Source: Ruditapes philippinarum
Taxonomy: Eukaryota
DNA: 64,000 nucleotides
Assembly: GCF_026571515.1 (NCBI RefSeq)
Contig: NW_026856706.1
Span: 1 to 64,000 of the forward strand
Reading direction: 5' to 3'
The notes under the pieces: generated by a model
Told to the model about the DNA's origin: nothing
Seen by the model: only the letters and a program-made list of their open reading frames with translations
Databases searched by the model: none
Program-made: the position numbers and the translations under genes
Shown here: positions 61,469-64,000 of the stretch, piece after piece
Layout of the letters: each line of letters starts with the position of its first letter
How positions within the stretch are numbered: the stretch's first letter is position 1

Positions 61469-63094
61469 AAACGTTATAAACGTCACGATTATCCAATGAT
61501 AAGCGACGTTACAAACGTGCAATATTTTAGAATAAGTTTCATATGTGTAAATGAGAACATGTTTTCTTTAATTATTTTTGTAGAAAGTAGCATTTTTATA
61601 TAAGGAGATTATTGACAATTTGATTACGTATGAGTCTCTTTTGTAAGAAATATCTTGCAAAAATATTTTCTCACAAATGGTATATGGTTTTGTTGAAAAT
61701 GCAATGAACTTTCGAATATGAATTTTCCGAATGAGTGGATTTAATCAAGACTCTTTTACGACCCGGTGAGAGTGTAATTGGTGGTAAATTTTCATTATTA
61801 ACAAATATGAATATTATCAATAGTAACGATGATAGGAATAATGATTTTGCAAGATTGCCAAACGTCTTGTAACTTCCTTTTGCAGATTGATTAAAATTTG
61901 GTCACAAGTCTTGTTGAGAAACAAAATTATGAACAATTATTATGAACACTGCAAGTGGACATAAGAATATAAAAAAGTCCCACAAACAAACACACAAAAA
62001 GAACTTAAATTGTACAAAGGAAAATTATGTGTTAATATCTGAATTCCAGCCATTGCAATACTTCCAATATAATACATTATCTTATTTTATGCTTTTCAGT
62101 GGATTACTGATTTATCCGTGAAAATTATATTTGATAATTTCACAGTGAAAATTATCAAAATATAATTTCACTTTTTTCAATGACGAAACTACTTTTTTAA
62201 GATTTTCCCCATGTGGTACCTCAATTTTATTTTTACTGACAATTCTGACAATATCAGGCTGTTAAAAAAAATAGCAAAGCGGATATAGATAAATAACTTA
62301 AATGTCAAAAGTAATAAAGAGAGAAAACTTACTTCTATTCCTTCAAATTCCAATCACAAAATTTCGTCTCTAAATTGTTTTGTTTCGTTTTTACAGTCTG
62401 AAAAATACATTCCTTCCCCATGCTAAACTGCTCTTGATGACATTTGGGCATATTAAAGTATCCTACGAGCAATAACTGCCGTATGCTTTATGGAAAATTG
62501 AAAAGTATTGACAGCCATCACTCGTAAAATAAGTAAAACAACCCAGCGTTCCTTACAATGCCTTAGCAAGCTTCCAAGTTTTCCATTTTCCTAGCTCCTT
62601 TTCTGAATGTTTTCACTTCTGCCAACACTTATTTTTTGTCTGTTACAATCCTCAAATAAGTTTTCTTTCGTTTAAAAAGGTGTATGACTAACAAATCCAA
62701 ATTATATCCTCCTGAATCTTACACAATTATTTTCCTCCCAAGAAATACACAACTTTAAAAAATGGCTGCCGCTTACATTTTACAAAGCCAGGTCTAATAT
62801 GAATTCGCAGTAAGTAACAGAAAAATGGATGGATGGTTGGACTTTTTCTCCTACAAGAATTGTTTGTTTTTATTATTAAAACAAGCGATCAATCATATTT
62901 TTTTAATAAAATGAATAAATATCACCATCATTTAACCTTGACTGGCGGACTTATTTTTCAGCTCAAGACTTCTTGTTTTTAATGAGAAATTCCCTCTAAA
63001 TGGGGCTCTCAATGGGGGAAACAGATTTTAATATAAACGTTAAAATTATGTAAATTTCGTTTTAACTTGTTTAAAGGCATAAAATAAAAAGAAA

Positions 63095-63218
63095 ATTTGT
63101 CTGTTTGTTGTGTAAGATGAACAACCTCGTGAACTTTAAAAACAGCCACTCGTGAGAATACTGTTTTTAAAGCCCACTCGATGAAATAAAATTTCATCTT
63201 ACACACAAACAAACAAAT
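63095..63218. repeat. Degenerate long hairpin, probably a remnant of a similar hairpin-ended element
   Basis: atttgtctgtttgttgtgtaagatgaa..ctttaaaaacag pairs with ctgtttttaaag..ttcatcttacacacaaacaaacaaat. Confidence 0.55.
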
Positions 63219-64000
63219 ATCCTCTATATCTTATATTTCATTGACAAATAATATCTGAATAACTAAATTTGATAGTTCCCGTCAGTTACATATTTGCAAA
63301 CTTGTTGTATACATGTATCACGAACAATTTAAAAACATATATAACTATATATTATTTTAATACAAACATTAGTTCTTGAAATTATGAATGCTATTTTATG
63401 ATGTCTATCAATGACTGATATTTGCTTCTCTAAGACTTATCTTGTTATATAATTGTAGACGTTTGTGATTTATGATATGCAAGTTTGTTGTGTTGTAGAA
63501 TGCTATTCATATTTCAGATTACTCGGATATCTTTTGACAGTAATTTGTCTTGTCATCATTGCCTCTTTTATTTCATTCCGAGTAGTTCATTGAAACAACT
63601 TCTCCTTATAACGATTCATTTGACCCAGAACTAAAATATAGATGATATATTAGAAACATTTCCAGACTTGATATCTTCTTATACATTAAGTAGGTAAACT
63701 ACAGTTATATGTAGACATCTACAGTTACAAATAGACATTTAGCAAAGCTTGTAGAAGAGATTTTTTAAAAACTTTGACATGATCTTAGGATATAATAATA
63801 TTTTAAGCCTAAGAATAAGTCACCAAGCTCATTTTTTCAATTAGAAAAAAGTTCCGGTCTTTTGTATTTATCAATTTTAATCATAATAATTAATAAATAT
63901 CAAAAACTAACTTAATTTTCTTTTTGTTACAATATGATTTTCAGAAAATCAACTAGATTATATTTGAATAGGTATATTGAACTACTTAATTCCAATTGCT

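Overview
AT-rich, intron-rich eukaryotic (metazoan) genomic DNA, most likely from a bivalve mollusc. That assignment is an inference from the repeat types and the TACATGTA enrichment. By hand-splicing exons with GT-AG boundaries and phase checks I reconstruct seven protein-coding genes. LRRC57 (-, 5 exons; exon 1 appears one base short) and NTPCR (+, 5 exons) lie head-to-head with start codons only about 113 bp apart. A single-exon 450-aa, largely disordered protein has CCDC190-like termini (+). A cluster of four divergent calmodulin-like genes (here CaML-A -, CaML-B -, CaML-C +, CaML-D -) spans 30.6-50 kb; B keeps all four canonical EF-hand loops, while A, C and D each keep a different best loop. 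The remainder is non-autonomous mobile DNA: Helentron/HINE-type elements carrying 145/163/168-bp internal tandem arrays, TTAA-flanked MITEs, long palindromic MITEs, SINEs, a truncated LINE, hairpin-ended elements and two probable P-superfamily excision footprints, plus minisatellites and three ~140-150 nt N gaps. No CRISPR arrays, rRNA or convincing functional tRNA were seen. The 50-64 kb region has no confidently identifiable gene.
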